DNA from: Chloroflexota bacterium
GTDB taxonomy: Bacteria > Chloroflexota > Dehalococcoidia > Tepidiformales > Tepidiformaceae
Direction of reading: 5' to 3'
Assembly (NCBI GenBank): GCA_026705605.1
Contig: JAPPAK010000005.1
Location: forward strand, 13,868 to 77,867
DNA length: 64,000 nucleotides
The notes beneath the pieces are model-generated. The model was given only the letters and a program-made list of their open reading frames with translations. It was not told the origin of the DNA and did not search any database. Of the stretch, positions 15,685 to 27,446 are shown piece after piece. Position numbers and translations under genes: made by a program. Positions within the stretch are counted from its first letter, which is position 1. The number at the start of each line of letters is the position of its first letter.

Positions 15685-16688
15685 ATGCCGCTTCGCCTCG
15701 TCCCTTGGTCCCCCGAGTACGGCAGCGGCATTGAGGCCGATATCGACGCTGCCGCTGCCGACGGCGCGTCTTTGGTCGATGCCACCGTGGAGGCTTCTTG
15801 GCGAGCGGTTCGCCCCGACTCCACCCCTCCGCCTCCCGTGCAGATTGTCGATGGCGTCCGCCGCGTCGAGGCCCATGCCATCGACGACAGAGGAGGCGCA
15901 ACGCTCGCGTTCGGCCTGTTCGGCTCGTATGCCGTCGGCGCTGTGCGTTGTGAGGGGTCGACCGCCCGCATCCTCGACGCGGATCGGGTACTGCGCATCC
16001 GACGGCGTTACCTGCAAGCAGGCGGCGAAGGAGCCGACAACCGCATCCTCTCCGTTGGTGGGGCGACCTTGCACTTCCGTGCCGAGTTGCCGCCGGGCGC
16101 GCAGGCGCCGGCCGACCTCGTCGCCGCGCTCAACCGGCTTATGCTGGACGAAGAGGCCCGCCTCGCCGAAGAACTGTCCGGGGACGCATCGGTGCTCACG
16201 ATCGTCGATGGGCCACTGCGTCTGCGCGCGCCAGGCCCCCGCGTGGTGGGTTACGTGAAGCGCACTCATCGCTGGTACCTCGGAGCCGACCGCCTCACAC
16301 TGCTCGGGGACCTCGGGGTCGGCGAACGTACCCCGCTCTTTCGTATCGCCGAGGAGGACGGGCGCAACGACCGGCTGGCGTGGTACCTGCGGCTCGCTGA
16401 CTTAGGCACGCAGTACCACCATCTCAGCGGGGTCGTCCGGCTAGAGACCCCGGGCGCGCTGTCGACGGATGAGGCAGCCGCCCTCGCCGACCAGACGGCG
16501 CTGGTGCTGCCACGGCTCGCGTCGTCGCCCATTCGCGACCCTCGGGCACCGCAGAACCTCACTCCCGTAGGCGCGCTTGAGCAACTGCTCACGAGACGGC
16601 TGGGCGACCGGCTTTGGATTCGCCGACGTATCGCGGCCGCGCTCGAACCCGCAACAACCACGCTCGCGTCAGACACGGAGGTTCCACC

Positions 16689-16692
<4 letters not shown>
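15685..16692 (+). CDS. nurA: NurA-like nuclease
   Basis: 335-aa ORF whose stop overlaps the herA start (ATGA 16689-16692). Motifs are compatible with the NurA fold: VQIVDGVRRVE, LTIVDGPLRL, VGYVKRTH. The call rests on these motifs plus the coupled HerA partner. Confidence 0.6.
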
Positions 16693-18449
<1,757 letters not shown>

Positions 18450-18461
18450 GGGGAGGCCGCG

Positions 18462-19649
18462 TTGAGACTGTTGCACACCGCCGACTGGCATGTCGGGCGA
18501 ACCATCCGCGGCCGCAGCCGCGCCGACGAGTTCAGGGACGTTCTGGACGAAGTGATCGGTATTGCGCACGACGAAGGTGTGGAGGCGATGCTGCTATGTG
18601 GCGACGTCTGGGACCACCACGCACCTTCCCCACAGTCAGACCGCCTAGTCTTCGAGGCACTACGGAAGTGTCGTGAGCAGGGCATCCAGGTGGCGCTGAT
18701 CGGAGGGAATCACGACAACCCGCGTCGGCTTCGGGCGCTCGGGCTGCTTGCCGAGTTCATCGGCGTACAGGTGCAGTACCAAGTGCAACCTCGCGATGCT
18801 GGCGGCGTCCTCACGATCGAGGGTCGTGATCACGTAGCGCGTATCGCTGCCGTGCCATTCATCACGGAGGGCCGCGAAGTCGATGCAGCGCGGATCATGG
18901 GCCTGTCGGAGGAGTGGTTCGGCGTCTATGCCGACAGCGTGGCCGCAACTCTTCGCGAGATGTGTGATGGGTTCGGCCCCGACACCGTCAACATCCTCGC
19001 CACCCACATATTCGTCGATAACGCGCGAGTCGCCGCTGTCGACGGCTCGGAGCGCAGGCTGCACATCAATCAGACATACGGCGTGACTGCCGGCAGCCTG
19101 CCCACGACGCCACAGTACATCGCTCTCGGCCATGTCCACGAGCCACAGGAGATCCGCGATGCGCCCGTGCCGACCGCGTACAGCGGCTCGTTGCTGCAAC
19201 TCGACTTCGGCGAGAGGGGCCAGCAGAAGGTCGTGCGCATCATCGATGCCGAGCCGGGCAAGCCGGTGACGCAGACGCCCGTCCGGCTCACATCGGGCCG
19301 CCCCCTCGCCGAGCTGCACGGCACGCTCGATGAGGTCCTCGCGCGAGCCGCCTCCACGGGCGACGCGTACCTGCGCGTTCGCCTCGACGTGGAGCGCCCT
19401 GAACCGGGCGTCGCTGAGCGCGTTCGCGAGGCACTCCCGAACGCCGTGGATGTGCAGCTTGAGTACGAGACGCCGGAGGATGACGAGAGCGTCGAGACCA
19501 TCGCGAACCTCAGCGCCGCCGACCTGTTCACACGCTACTACCAGGCTCAGCACGGCGCGGATCCTGAACCCGCCCTCATCGGACTGTTCGAGGAGCTGCT
19601 GGCTGAGGGCGACGCAGCTCGGATGGCCGAGGTAGCAGCGCCGTCGTGA
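18462..19649 (+). CDS. sbcD: SbcD/Mre11-family nuclease
   Basis: TTG start preceded by GGGGAGG. Phosphoesterase motifs are LLHTADWHVG, LLCGDVWD, GGNHD, ATHIF and ALGHVH. Confidence 0.9.
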   Translation: MRLLHTADWHVGRTIRGRSRADEFRDVLDEVIGIAHDEGVEAMLLCGDVWDHHAPSPQSDRLVFEALRKCREQGIQVALIGGNHDNPRRLRALGLLAEFIGVQVQYQVQPRDAGGVLTIEGRDHVARIAAVPFITEGREVDAARIMGLSEEWFGVYADSVAATLREMCDGFGPDTVNILATHIFVDNARVAAVDGSERRLHINQTYGVTAGSLPTTPQYIALGHVHEPQEIRDAPVPTAYSGSLLQLDFGERGQQKVVRIIDAEPGKPVTQTPVRLTSGRPLAELHGTLDEVLARAASTGDAYLRVRLDVERPEPGVAERVREALPNAVDVQLEYETPEDDESVETIANLSAADLFTRYYQAQHGADPEPALIGLFEELLAEGDAARMAEVAAPS

Positions 19650-22600
19650 GGCCGCTACGCCTTGAGCTGCGCGGCTTTACGTCCTTCAAGGACGCGACTG
19701 TCCTGGACTTCGAGGGCCGACACCTCTTCGCCATTACCGGTCCGACGGGCGCCGGAAAGTCCTCGCTGCTCGACGCCATGACATGGGCGCTCTACGGCCA
19801 GGTTCCGCGCGTGGGCCGCGAGACGCGACAGCTCATCACACACGGAACAAGCGCCATGGCCGTCCAGCTGGACTTCAGCCTGCGGGGCGACCACTACCGC
19901 GTCAGCCGCCACGCTCCGGGCAACCTTGGCTCCCGGCTAGAGCGACAGCGCGTGGACGGCAGTTGGGAGCCACTTGAGGACCGCGCGCGCGGCGTGACCC
20001 AGCGCATTGAGGACTTGCTGGGACTGGACTTCGCGACCTTCACAAAGACCGTGCTGCTACCGCAGGGTGCCTTCGACACTTTCCTGCGCGGCGATGAACG
20101 GCAGCGCCGAGACATACTCACGGGCCTGCTCGGCCTCGAACACTACGAAGAGGCTGGCCGAGCTGCTCGCAGTCGCTCAACGGGAGCACGTAGCGCCGCT
20201 AAGGCGCAGCGAGAGCAGATCGAGCGCCTCAACCTTGCCACCCCGGAGGCGATCACGGCCCTGCATGATGAGCTTGCGACATTGGCTACCCGGCTCGAAG
20301 CGCTCGACACGCGCACAGAACTGCTCATTGCCCTCTCCGACGACGCCCGCGCGAGCACGGAAGCGGAGTCCAATGCGGCTCGCGCCGCAGCCGACAGCGC
20401 CGAGGCAACGCGTGCCGCGGAGAGGACACGTAACGCGCTAGCCGATGTCGAGGAGGCTCGTGAGCACGCCCGGTCGGAGCATGGCCGCCTCGAAGCTGAG
20501 CGAGCCGCCCTCGGTTACGACGAAACAGAGCACCGCCGTCTTGACCGTGAGGTCCAGATGCTTGACCAGCGCGAGGCCGCCCGCTCCGCCTTCGACGCGG
20601 CCGAGGCGGAGCAGCGCGAGGCCATCGAGGCTGCCGCACGGGCAACCGAGGAGGCCGGGCACCGAGCCGGCGAGGCCGACAGCGCGGACGCCGCGAACGA
20701 GCAGGCTGTGGCTGTGCAGCGCGCTGCCCTCGATGACCTCATAACAGCCGCCGCCGTGTCGCTCGCTACCGAGCGGGCGCTGGGCGAGGCGGCGAACGCA
20801 GCCGACGACGAGCTCGTGGTCGCCGAGCGTGCTGCCAGCGAACGAGACGAGGAGGCGCGCCGCCTCGCGGCCTTTGATGAGCGCCTGCGCCTACAGCAGA
20901 AGGTGCTTGCCACAGCGGAGCAAGAACACGCTGCCGCGGGCGTTGAGTATGAGGCTGCCGCACACGCCTCGGAAGCCGCGGGCGAGGGCCTGGGAGCCGC
21001 CGAGGCAGAACGTGATGTTCAGGCAGCCGCGCTTGAAGCTGCGAAGCGGCAGCACACTGCGATCGCGCTACAACGCGAACTCAGGCCTGGCGACCCGTGC
21101 CCAGTCTGTGGCGAGCCCGTCGGTCACATCGAGCCGCACGCTGCACCCGAGCTCGACGCTGCACACGAGGCCCTTGACGCCGCCGATGTGGCGCTGCGCA
21201 ATGCGCGTGAGGCGCAGGGTGCCGCAGCCGCGAAGCTCGCGGCTGCGGCAGCGCAGGCCAAGCAGGCGTCGACGGCCCTCGAACGCGCCAAAACCAACCT
21301 CGACACTCTCTTCGCCGAGTCCTCGCAGGTCGGCGTGGATGCCGGCGCGCTCGCCGAGGCGATCGAACGTGCGGAAGCCACAGCCGCCGTGGAGCGCGCT
21401 CGAGCGGAGACCGCCGAGACCGCGCGGGACCGCGCCAACGAGTCGGCTGCGGAACTGGGCCTGTTGCGAGCCACCATCGGCTCCGCCTTCGACGGCGTCG
21501 AAGTGGACCCGGGTGAGCCGGACGAGCCCGATACTGTTCGCGAGGAACTCAGCGCCGCGACGGAGGCCCACCGGGCCGCTGCCGAGGAAGCAGCGGGCGC
21601 GCAGGAGGAATCTCGTGTTGCGCGGGAGCGCTCGCGGGAAGCCGCATCAACTGTCAAGCGCGCCGCCGATCGCCGCATGCGTGCGGATGGCGAGTTAGAA
21701 CGGGCGCGTGAGCGGCTGGCGTCGCTTGGGACGGAGGACGTCGATGCCGACGCGTTGCGGGCAGCACTCCTCGTCGTGCAGCAGCAGGCTGCCCGCCAAA
21801 ACGAGATCGAGGCCGCGCTCGCCAAGGCGGCACAGGAACTGGCGGGCGCCAACGCGCGCGTCGACGCAGCGCGCGAAGCGCTTACGGGCGCCAATGCGAC
21901 CTCGACGCGCCGTGCAGACGAGGCGCAGGCTGCGCACCGCGCCGCGGAGGACGCTCGCCAGAGGCTCGCTAGCGCGTGGACCGCCGCCGCCGTCGAGGGA
22001 GACCCCGATGCCTCCCGAGCGCTGCAACTCCTCGACCGCCACCGCTCCGCGTTTGCCGACTGCAAACGCGAACGGGACCTTGCCGCGCAGCGCGTTGAGA
22101 CGGCGCGAACCGACGCAGCGCGAGCTGAGCAGATGCGCGCCGATGCCAAGGGCTACGACACCAAGGCCCAGATTGCCGACGACCTCGCCCGCGAACTCCA
22201 GAGCAACCACTTCATCGCCTACGTCCAACGCGAGGCGATGCACCTCCTCGCAGCCGATGCCGGGGAGCGGCTACTCGCGCTGTCGAGCGGGCGTTATCGC
22301 CTTGTCGTCCGGGCGGGGGCGTTCTCGGTCGTCGACCGCTTCAACGGCGACGAGGAACGGTCCGTGAAGACGTTGTCGGGCGGCGAGACCTTCCTCGCAA
22401 GCCTCGCGCTTGCCCTCGCACTGTCCGAACGACTGCCAGAGATCGCCGGACGTGGCGGGGCGATGTCGCTCGAGGCGCTGTTCCTCGACGAGGGCTTCGG
22501 AGCGCTCGATCAAGACTCACTCGACACGGCGATCGGCGGCCTTGAGACGCTCGCCGGCGGCCACCGGCTAGTGGGCGTGATATCGCACATCTCCGAGGTC

Positions 22601-22714
22601 GCCGAGCGGCTCCCCGACCGGGTCGAGGTGATCAAGAACGGCGCCACCAGCCGTCTGGTCACGCGGGGCACGGCTCTAGTGGAGAACGAGCCCCCGCTCG
22701 CGGCATCCCAATAG
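19646..22714 (+). CDS. sbcC: SbcC/Rad50-family SMC-like ATPase
   Basis: The GTG start overlaps the sbcD stop (GTGA). Walker A is [23 protein letters not shown] long A/E/R-rich coiled coil carries a zinc hook (PCPVCGEPV). The C-terminus has [28 protein letters not shown] and VISHI. Confidence 0.9.
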   Translation: MRPLRLELRGFTSFKDATVLDFEGRHLFAITGPTGAGKSSLLDAMTWALYGQVPRVGRETRQLITHGTSAMAVQLDFSLRGDHYRVSRHAPGNLGSRLERQRVDGSWEPLEDRARGVTQRIEDLLGLDFATFTKTVLLPQGAFDTFLRGDERQRRDILTGLLGLEHYEEAGRAARSRSTGARSAAKAQREQIERLNLATPEAITALHDELATLATRLEALDTRTELLIALSDDARASTEAESNAARAAADSAEATRAAERTRNALADVEEAREHARSEHGRLEAERAALGYDETEHRRLDREVQMLDQREAARSAFDAAEAEQREAIEAAARATEEAGHRAGEADSADAANEQAVAVQRAALDDLITAAAVSLATERALGEAANAADDELVVAERAASERDEEARRLAAFDERLRLQQKVLATAEQEHAAAGVEYEAAAHASEAAGEGLGAAEAERDVQAAALEAAKRQHTAIALQRELRPGDPCPVCGEPVGHIEPHAAPELDAAHEALDAADVALRNAREAQGAAAAKLAAAAAQAKQASTALERAKTNLDTLFAESSQVGVDAGALAEAIERAEATAAVERARAETAETARDRANESAAELGLLRATIGSAFDGVEVDPGEPDEPDTVREELSAATEAHRAAAEEAAGAQEESRVARERSREAASTVKRAADRRMRADGELERARERLASLGTEDVDADALRAALLVVQQQAARQNEIEAALAKAAQELAGANARVDAAREALTGANATSTRRADEAQAAHRAAEDARQRLASAWTAAAVEGDPDASRALQLLDRHRSAFADCKRERDLAAQRVETARTDAARAEQMRADAKGYDTKAQIADDLARELQSNHFIAYVQREAMHLLAADAGERLLALSSGRYRLVVRAGAFSVVDRFNGDEERSVKTLSGGETFLASLALALALSERLPEIAGRGGAMSLEALFLDEGFGALDQDSLDTAIGGLETLAGGHRLVGVISHISEVAERLPDRVEVIKNGATSRLVTRGTALVENEPPLAASQ

Positions 22715-23158
22715 GATTGACTGAGTCATGGGCACAGCCGTCAACTGCGTCGCGAGGGGGTGGCGGTGAGGCTAGCATCGGAGAACCCGACTCCCCTCGC
22801 TCGGTCACGGCTGGTAATCCACGGCGATGGCGATGCCGGCGACTATCTCGTCGACGAGCTCTGCGTCAACCTCGCCCACGCGTTCGACGAGTCGCTCCAG
22901 GGCCACGCTCCGAACCTGGAGGAAGTCGGCTGCAGAACCTCTGTCACAGGCTAGGACGCGGAAACCGGAGCTCAGGGCCTACGGGGAGCACCGTCAATGT
23001 CCGTTAGCCATTGCATCCTAGACGTGCGGCACCTGAGTTAGAGGCGACTTCTCACACCACCGGGCGCCAGTCGTCTCCTCAGCGATCATCGTGAGCGGCG
23101 AAACCTGTCTCTCGCGGCAGACCACGAAGTGTCGTGTGCGTTCGTCGGCTGTCTTGAT

Positions 23159-23527
23159 TCAACGGGCCTCGATGACCACGCGTCCGCCGTTCTCCACTTC
23201 CACGTGAAGGTCGTGGCCGGCGAGCAGCCGCATACCGACGAGGGGCGTGGTCTCGGCGGCGTCCGCTTCGATGTGCCTAGCCCGACCATCCCAGTCAACA
23301 GTGACCATGTGGATGTCGAAGCTGACTGCGGTGCCATCTGCCAGGGTCGCCTCACCGCTGGTGACGAAAGGGAGGTCGAGTTCGCCTACAAGTACGGGTG
23401 GCAGCGTGAGGAACCCGTTGTACCCCGTGTCCACCACAGCTTCGACTTCGCGTGCGCGACCTTCAGGGCCCTTCACGGTGAGAGTCAGCGCTGCCTCGTA
23501 GGCAGCATTCACCGCACCCTCGATCAC
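23159..23527 (-). CDS. Retropepsin-like (clan AA) aspartic protease
   Basis: 122-aa ORF with a GTG start that overlaps the upstream stop (GTGA). The active-site context AVVDTGYNGFLTLP is typical of prokaryotic clan AA proteases. Confidence 0.75.
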   Translation of the reverse strand: MIEGAVNAAYEAALTLTVKGPEGRAREVEAVVDTGYNGFLTLPPVLVGELDLPFVTSGEATLADGTAVSFDIHMVTVDWDGRARHIEADAAETTPLVGMRLLAGHDLHVEVENGGRVVIEAR

Positions 23528-23793
23528 TCAGCTCTCCGCAGGGGCCGACCCCCAAAATGGCGCAATGCCCGGTGACCGACCCGGACGCTCCACACGTCGA
23601 CAACATCGGGGTACCGGGACCGGAGATCGCTGGCAGCCGCAAGTAAGTCCTCTGCGACGGCCCAGCAGCCGCTGTTGACGTCGATAGCGACATACTCGCC
23701 GTTGTGGTCGACCTCGACCTCAGCGCGAATGTCGCGCTCGTAGATCGCCTCACCCAAGCGGGCTGTCTCCTCAATGGGTCGACGTACGGCCAT
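23524..23793 (-). CDS. Small partner protein of the aspartic protease
   Basis: ORF 23524..23820; the likely start is ATG 23793 (MAVRRPIEETARLGEAIYERDIRAEVEVDHNGEYVAIDVNSG...). It is translationally coupled to the protease. Family not recognised. Confidence 0.5.
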   Translation of the reverse strand: MAVRRPIEETARLGEAIYERDIRAEVEVDHNGEYVAIDVNSGCWAVAEDLLAAASDLRSRYPDVVDVWSVRVGHRALRHFGGRPLRRAE

Positions 23794-24427
23794 GGCGCCC
23801 TCCCGGAAGCCTCGTCCCAATCAGGATACCGCCCCAGGCAGTGCCTTCCAACGCCGGTGTGAGGCGCCGCTCGGCGCACTCGCTATCTAAGGTCGAGCGG
23901 CTTGGTGTGATGGAGATTCGCTGCCCTGATCTGCGAGCCAATACTGCCTCCCCGTATTCCGAGGTGCTCTGGAGCCACTCATCAAAGCCGGGGTCGTGCG
24001 TCTCCCGCAGAGCCCGCTTCCCCGACCAACGGCCTAGACCTTGCTGTCGCTGCTGCCTCCGCCGAGGGGAACTCGCCGTGACCACACCGAAGGTCGAGAG
24101 CGGTCGCCGACCGGCCCACACGGACAGCCTCACATAGTCCCCGGAAGCCCCGCCGCGCATTCCTCGGAGGAACGTGCGATTGGCTGCCAGGCTGACGGAA
24201 GCTGGAGAGTAATCTGTGTCCGGGTGATGACCTGCGGGGAGGCCTTGGTTGTGTTTCTCGAGATAGGGGAGGGAGAACCCTCGCGTGAGCCGCTTGGCGA
24301 CTGCCCCGGTGGGCATCAGGAGGCCGCTCTCGCCTTCCTGTTGGAGGGTGTGGAACCTACTGAACCATGCCCCGAGTGTGGAGAGATACCTCGGTTCGAG
24401 GGCGCGGCGATGAGCTTGAATTTCCAA
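23771..24427 (-). CDS. Hypothetical protein (weak call)
   Basis: 218-aa ORF whose codon third positions are mostly G/C in the stretch I checked (FHTLQQEGESGLLMPTGA: 15/18). It ends 23 nt inside the next same-strand gene. No motif recognised; it could be a decayed gene. Confidence 0.3.
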   Translation of the reverse strand: MEIQAHRRALEPRYLSTLGAWFSRFHTLQQEGESGLLMPTGAVAKRLTRGFSLPYLEKHNQGLPAGHHPDTDYSPASVSLAANRTFLRGMRGGASGDYVRLSVWAGRRPLSTFGVVTASSPRRRQQRQQGLGRWSGKRALRETHDPGFDEWLQSTSEYGEAVLARRSGQRISITPSRSTLDSECAERRLTPALEGTAWGGILIGTRLPGGRHGRTSTH

Positions 24428-25330
24428 ACCGACGAGCCCATCAAGGGAGTGGACGGCCGCGAATACACGACCTGCCCTCAGTGCGGGGAGGACGCACTGG
24501 AGCTTCAGGGCAAGAACATCGTCGAATGGGGGTGGAAGATCGTCTGCCCAGAGTGCGGCTGGGAGAAGAAGCAGGCCGAGGGCCTTGACATCGCTCAGTA
24601 CTGCGACTTGATGGAAGAGGCCAAGGCGAGACTTGAGTCGATGAGTCAGCTGCTGCGTACGCCGGGGATCACCGATAGAACCCGTGTGGAGTCAATCGGC
24701 CTCCAGCTCCGGATGCTGCTCGAACTCATCGTGTTCAGCTCCCTGGTGTCCAACAAGGACGTATGGCAGAGGTCAAGAAAGGAGCTGCAAAGCTCTCAGG
24801 ACATGAGCAAGAAGCTCAAGGAGTTGAAACGCCTCCATCCCCACTTCTACCCAACACCAGTGGACCTGGAAGGAGATTCCCCGGGAGAGGAACCGGCGGA
24901 TCGCACCAGTGGGTTCATGGACGAGGCCAGGCTGATGGAGGTCTTCGGGAGGTTGGGCAACATCCTTCATGCCGAGAACCCCATGGGACGGGAGACTGAC
25001 TACGGATCCTTCATCGGTGCAGTCCCAGACTGGGTCGCCGAGGTGGTAAACCTGTTGGAGTGCCACAAGGTGCATCTCTACCACCGCCCAGACGAGTTCT
25101 ATCTGATCAAGCTGTTTGGGGACGTGGACGGCGACCTGCTGTGCATCCGGTTCAAAGTCACGGCGGAAGGGGAGACCAATTGCGCATGGCCTGACTGCGT
25201 GTCTTCAAGTATGCGGCTGCACTGCGAATACCTCGGGCGCCCTTGGGCAGAGTGTTGGCTTCCGGAGATTGAGCCAGCTCAGACGCAGGCCAAGGGGATA
25301 GCCAGCCAAGTCGATGACCTCCCGGACTAG
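24410..25330 (+). CDS. Zinc-ribbon protein of unknown function
   Basis: ORF 24041..25330. The first ~120 aa are R/G/P-rich junk, so the start is set at ATG 24410 (MSLNFQTDEPIKGVDGREY...). Two CxxC pairs (CPQCGED...CPECGWE) form a zinc ribbon. The remaining ~250 aa has no recognised family. The region is visibly less GC-rich than its flanks. Confidence 0.55.
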   Translation: MSLNFQTDEPIKGVDGREYTTCPQCGEDALELQGKNIVEWGWKIVCPECGWEKKQAEGLDIAQYCDLMEEAKARLESMSQLLRTPGITDRTRVESIGLQLRMLLELIVFSSLVSNKDVWQRSRKELQSSQDMSKKLKELKRLHPHFYPTPVDLEGDSPGEEPADRTSGFMDEARLMEVFGRLGNILHAENPMGRETDYGSFIGAVPDWVAEVVNLLECHKVHLYHRPDEFYLIKLFGDVDGDLLCIRFKVTAEGETNCAWPDCVSSSMRLHCEYLGRPWAECWLPEIEPAQTQAKGIASQVDDLPD

Positions 25331-25468
25331 CGTCGAGCGTTGGGGGTCTGTGGGTGGTCCCGCGCCACGCAAGGAGCACGACCCACAGCGCAACGGAAGC
25401 CACGCTGAAGCGACCGGCCCAACGGAAACCTGCGCATCTTGAACCCGGAGTCCTGAGTCAGCCGGGCC

Positions 25469-27319
25469 TCAGTCGGGTGCTTCCAGGATCCCGCTGACGA
25501 TCGCGTGAAGTTCTCTGAAGTTCACAAAGTACCGATGTGTCCCCTCTCTCAGGACGTGGTTGGCAAACTCGGTCTTACGATCGTTTGGGACCTCACGGCG
25601 TACTACATTTCCCTCGGGATCCATCACCGTGTTGGAAAACGGCTTCAGGATTTCTTCATCGTAGTTATTCTCTATTCCGTGGTCAGGGATCCCGCGCTCC
25701 TCCCGCTTCGGGAACGAGAACGGCGTAACCTTAGCGCCACGAGGGAGCTGGCCTCGAAGTTCCTTCTCCTTACTAGCTGCGTCACAATCCCACACTACGA
25801 CGAAATGTGTGTTGAGCTTCATCCTTCCAAGTAGCCGACCATATGTAAGCAGCATCCTGTCATTCGTGTGCGGCTCAAGTCCTTCGAAGACGTTGACGCC
25901 CTTCGGGAAGTACAGATCTACCCACCGCCTCAGATGCTTGGTGTTGTTCCCTTCCGTCAGGATCGTGACCCTGGCCCCGTCGTAGGCCGCGATTCGCAGG
26001 CCCGCGTCGACCGTGGCGATCCCGTCGGACAGCTCGCCGATGGCTTCCGACCTGGTGGTGCGTGCGACCTCGACGTGGCCGCCGCTCCTGGAGATGCGGA
26101 AGATGGCGTCTTCCTCCACGGCCGCCACCGTCATGGGCGAGTGGGAGGTCATCAGGACCTTCGTGCCCTTCGACACGAACAGCTCCCGCACGATCCCGAC
26201 CAGCGCCCTGACCATGGACGGGTGGAGCACGGTGTCGAGCTCGTCGAGAAGGAGCAGGCGCGGGCGGCGCCGTCCCATGTACTGGTTGAACGACACCAGG
26301 CAGAGCGCCATGAGCACCCGTTCTCCGGACGACAGCGCATTGAGCTCGTAGCGGGCGCCGGTGGTGCGGTTCTCCATCTCGGAGACGAACTCGAAGCCGA
26401 ACCGCCGGTAGGTCTCCATGTTGAGCGCGGCGTCTCCGGGGTCGGAGAACGCGAAGTCGAAGAGGCCGTCCTCCCCGGAGGCTTCCTTCATCGCCGCTAG
26501 GATGTCCCGCAGCGCTTCCCACGGTGGGCGGTGCTCCCTCGTATAGGCATCGATGAGATCCTGGTAGGGGATCTGCTTCGTCTCGACGGTTTCGTGCGCC
26601 CACGTGTACCGGTCGAGGACGTACTCGGCGAATATCGTGTTGAGCGGGTTGGTGATGAGGTCTCCCTCCAGGTGACCGGCGGAGAGGATGTCCTCGCGGG
26701 TCAACTCGTGGGGGAGCTTCCCCGCCAGCCTCATGGCCATGCTGAGGAGGGCCGCGCGGTTGCCGTCGTAGCCCGGCGCCGTTCCGCCTTGCCGGTCACT
26801 GCGCGTGGAGTTCAGGGGCTGCAGAACGGCGTCATGGAGTTCACGCAGGTACTCGCTGGTGAGGTCGGGTGCCCCGGAGGTGCTCGCTGACGGGAGCACC
26901 TCGAAGTCCGGGATGCGCCCGACCTCGTCCCTCAGCGCACGCACGAAGGCTTCGCGCGCGCCGGCTCCCGAGGCGTCCTCGATGGCGCCGGCGGCCCCGT
27001 CGAAGACCGCCTCCGCGGCCTCAACCGGACTGCGGTCGCGAGACCCGGCCAGCAGGTAATCGTCGGCGGTCGTCCTGGCGAAGTAGTTGCCTTGGCGGTC
27101 CGCCCGGTCCGTGTTGGGCGGGCGGAAGGTGAGCATGTCGAACAGCTCGACTTCCTCCACGGCGATGCCGGAAACCGCCGCGTGGCCTTGGCGAATGGCC
27201 TGCAGGAGCTGGGTCTTGCCCGTGCCGTTGCGGCCGATGAGGACGGCGAAGTCCGGCAGCTCCACGTCGGATTCGAGGCTCTCGATGGCGTTGTACGGCT
27301 CCCGCAGTTCGATCTTCAT
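25469..27319 (-). CDS. ABC/OLD-like ATPase with C-terminal Toprim/DUF4435-like domain
   Basis: 616-aa ORF. Motifs are Walker A LIGRNGTGKTQLLQAI, signature-like LSSGERVLMALCL, Walker B RLLLLDELDTVLHP and H-loop LMTSHSP. The C-terminal ~170 aa has Toprim-like acidic motifs (VTILTEGNNTKHL ... FVVVWDCDAAS). Confidence 0.8.
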   Translation of the reverse strand: MKIELREPYNAIESLESDVELPDFAVLIGRNGTGKTQLLQAIRQGHAAVSGIAVEEVELFDMLTFRPPNTDRADRQGNYFARTTADDYLLAGSRDRSPVEAAEAVFDGAAGAIEDASGAGAREAFVRALRDEVGRIPDFEVLPSASTSGAPDLTSEYLRELHDAVLQPLNSTRSDRQGGTAPGYDGNRAALLSMAMRLAGKLPHELTREDILSAGHLEGDLITNPLNTIFAEYVLDRYTWAHETVETKQIPYQDLIDAYTREHRPPWEALRDILAAMKEASGEDGLFDFAFSDPGDAALNMETYRRFGFEFVSEMENRTTGARYELNALSSGERVLMALCLVSFNQYMGRRRPRLLLLDELDTVLHPSMVRALVGIVRELFVSKGTKVLMTSHSPMTVAAVEEDAIFRISRSGGHVEVARTTRSEAIGELSDGIATVDAGLRIAAYDGARVTILTEGNNTKHLRRWVDLYFPKGVNVFEGLEPHTNDRMLLTYGRLLGRMKLNTHFVVVWDCDAASKEKELRGQLPRGAKVTPFSFPKREERGIPDHGIENNYDEEILKPFSNTVMDPEGNVVRREVPNDRKTEFANHVLREGTHRYFVNFRELHAIVSGILEAPD

Positions 27320-27446
27320 GCGGTTGCTCCTCCGGGCCGGCGCCTGCGCGTCGCGCCGGACGCCCGGGGCGGCCGCCGGGGGCGGCGGGACCGCACCCCG
27401 CCGGCGCCGACCTTATGGGGTGTCGATGACCGTGCACCCTCCACGG

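Noticed and set aside
15470-16258. 262-aa plus-strand ORF overlapping the start of nurA, and the 206-aa minus ORF 15649..16269
   Set aside because: These are S/P/R-rich translations in alternative frames of the NurA-like gene, whose own frame shows the DG/VKR motifs and couples to herA.
22717-23158. Short ORFs after sbcC (22717..23007, 22760..22954, 22827..23021) and a minus-strand peptide ending …VDAELVDEIVAGIAIAVDYQP
   Set aside because: None has a recognisable motif, a convincing start or an RBS. The minus-strand frame is closed by a stop just upstream and has only a GTG giving ~33 aa. It is treated as intergenic or remnant.
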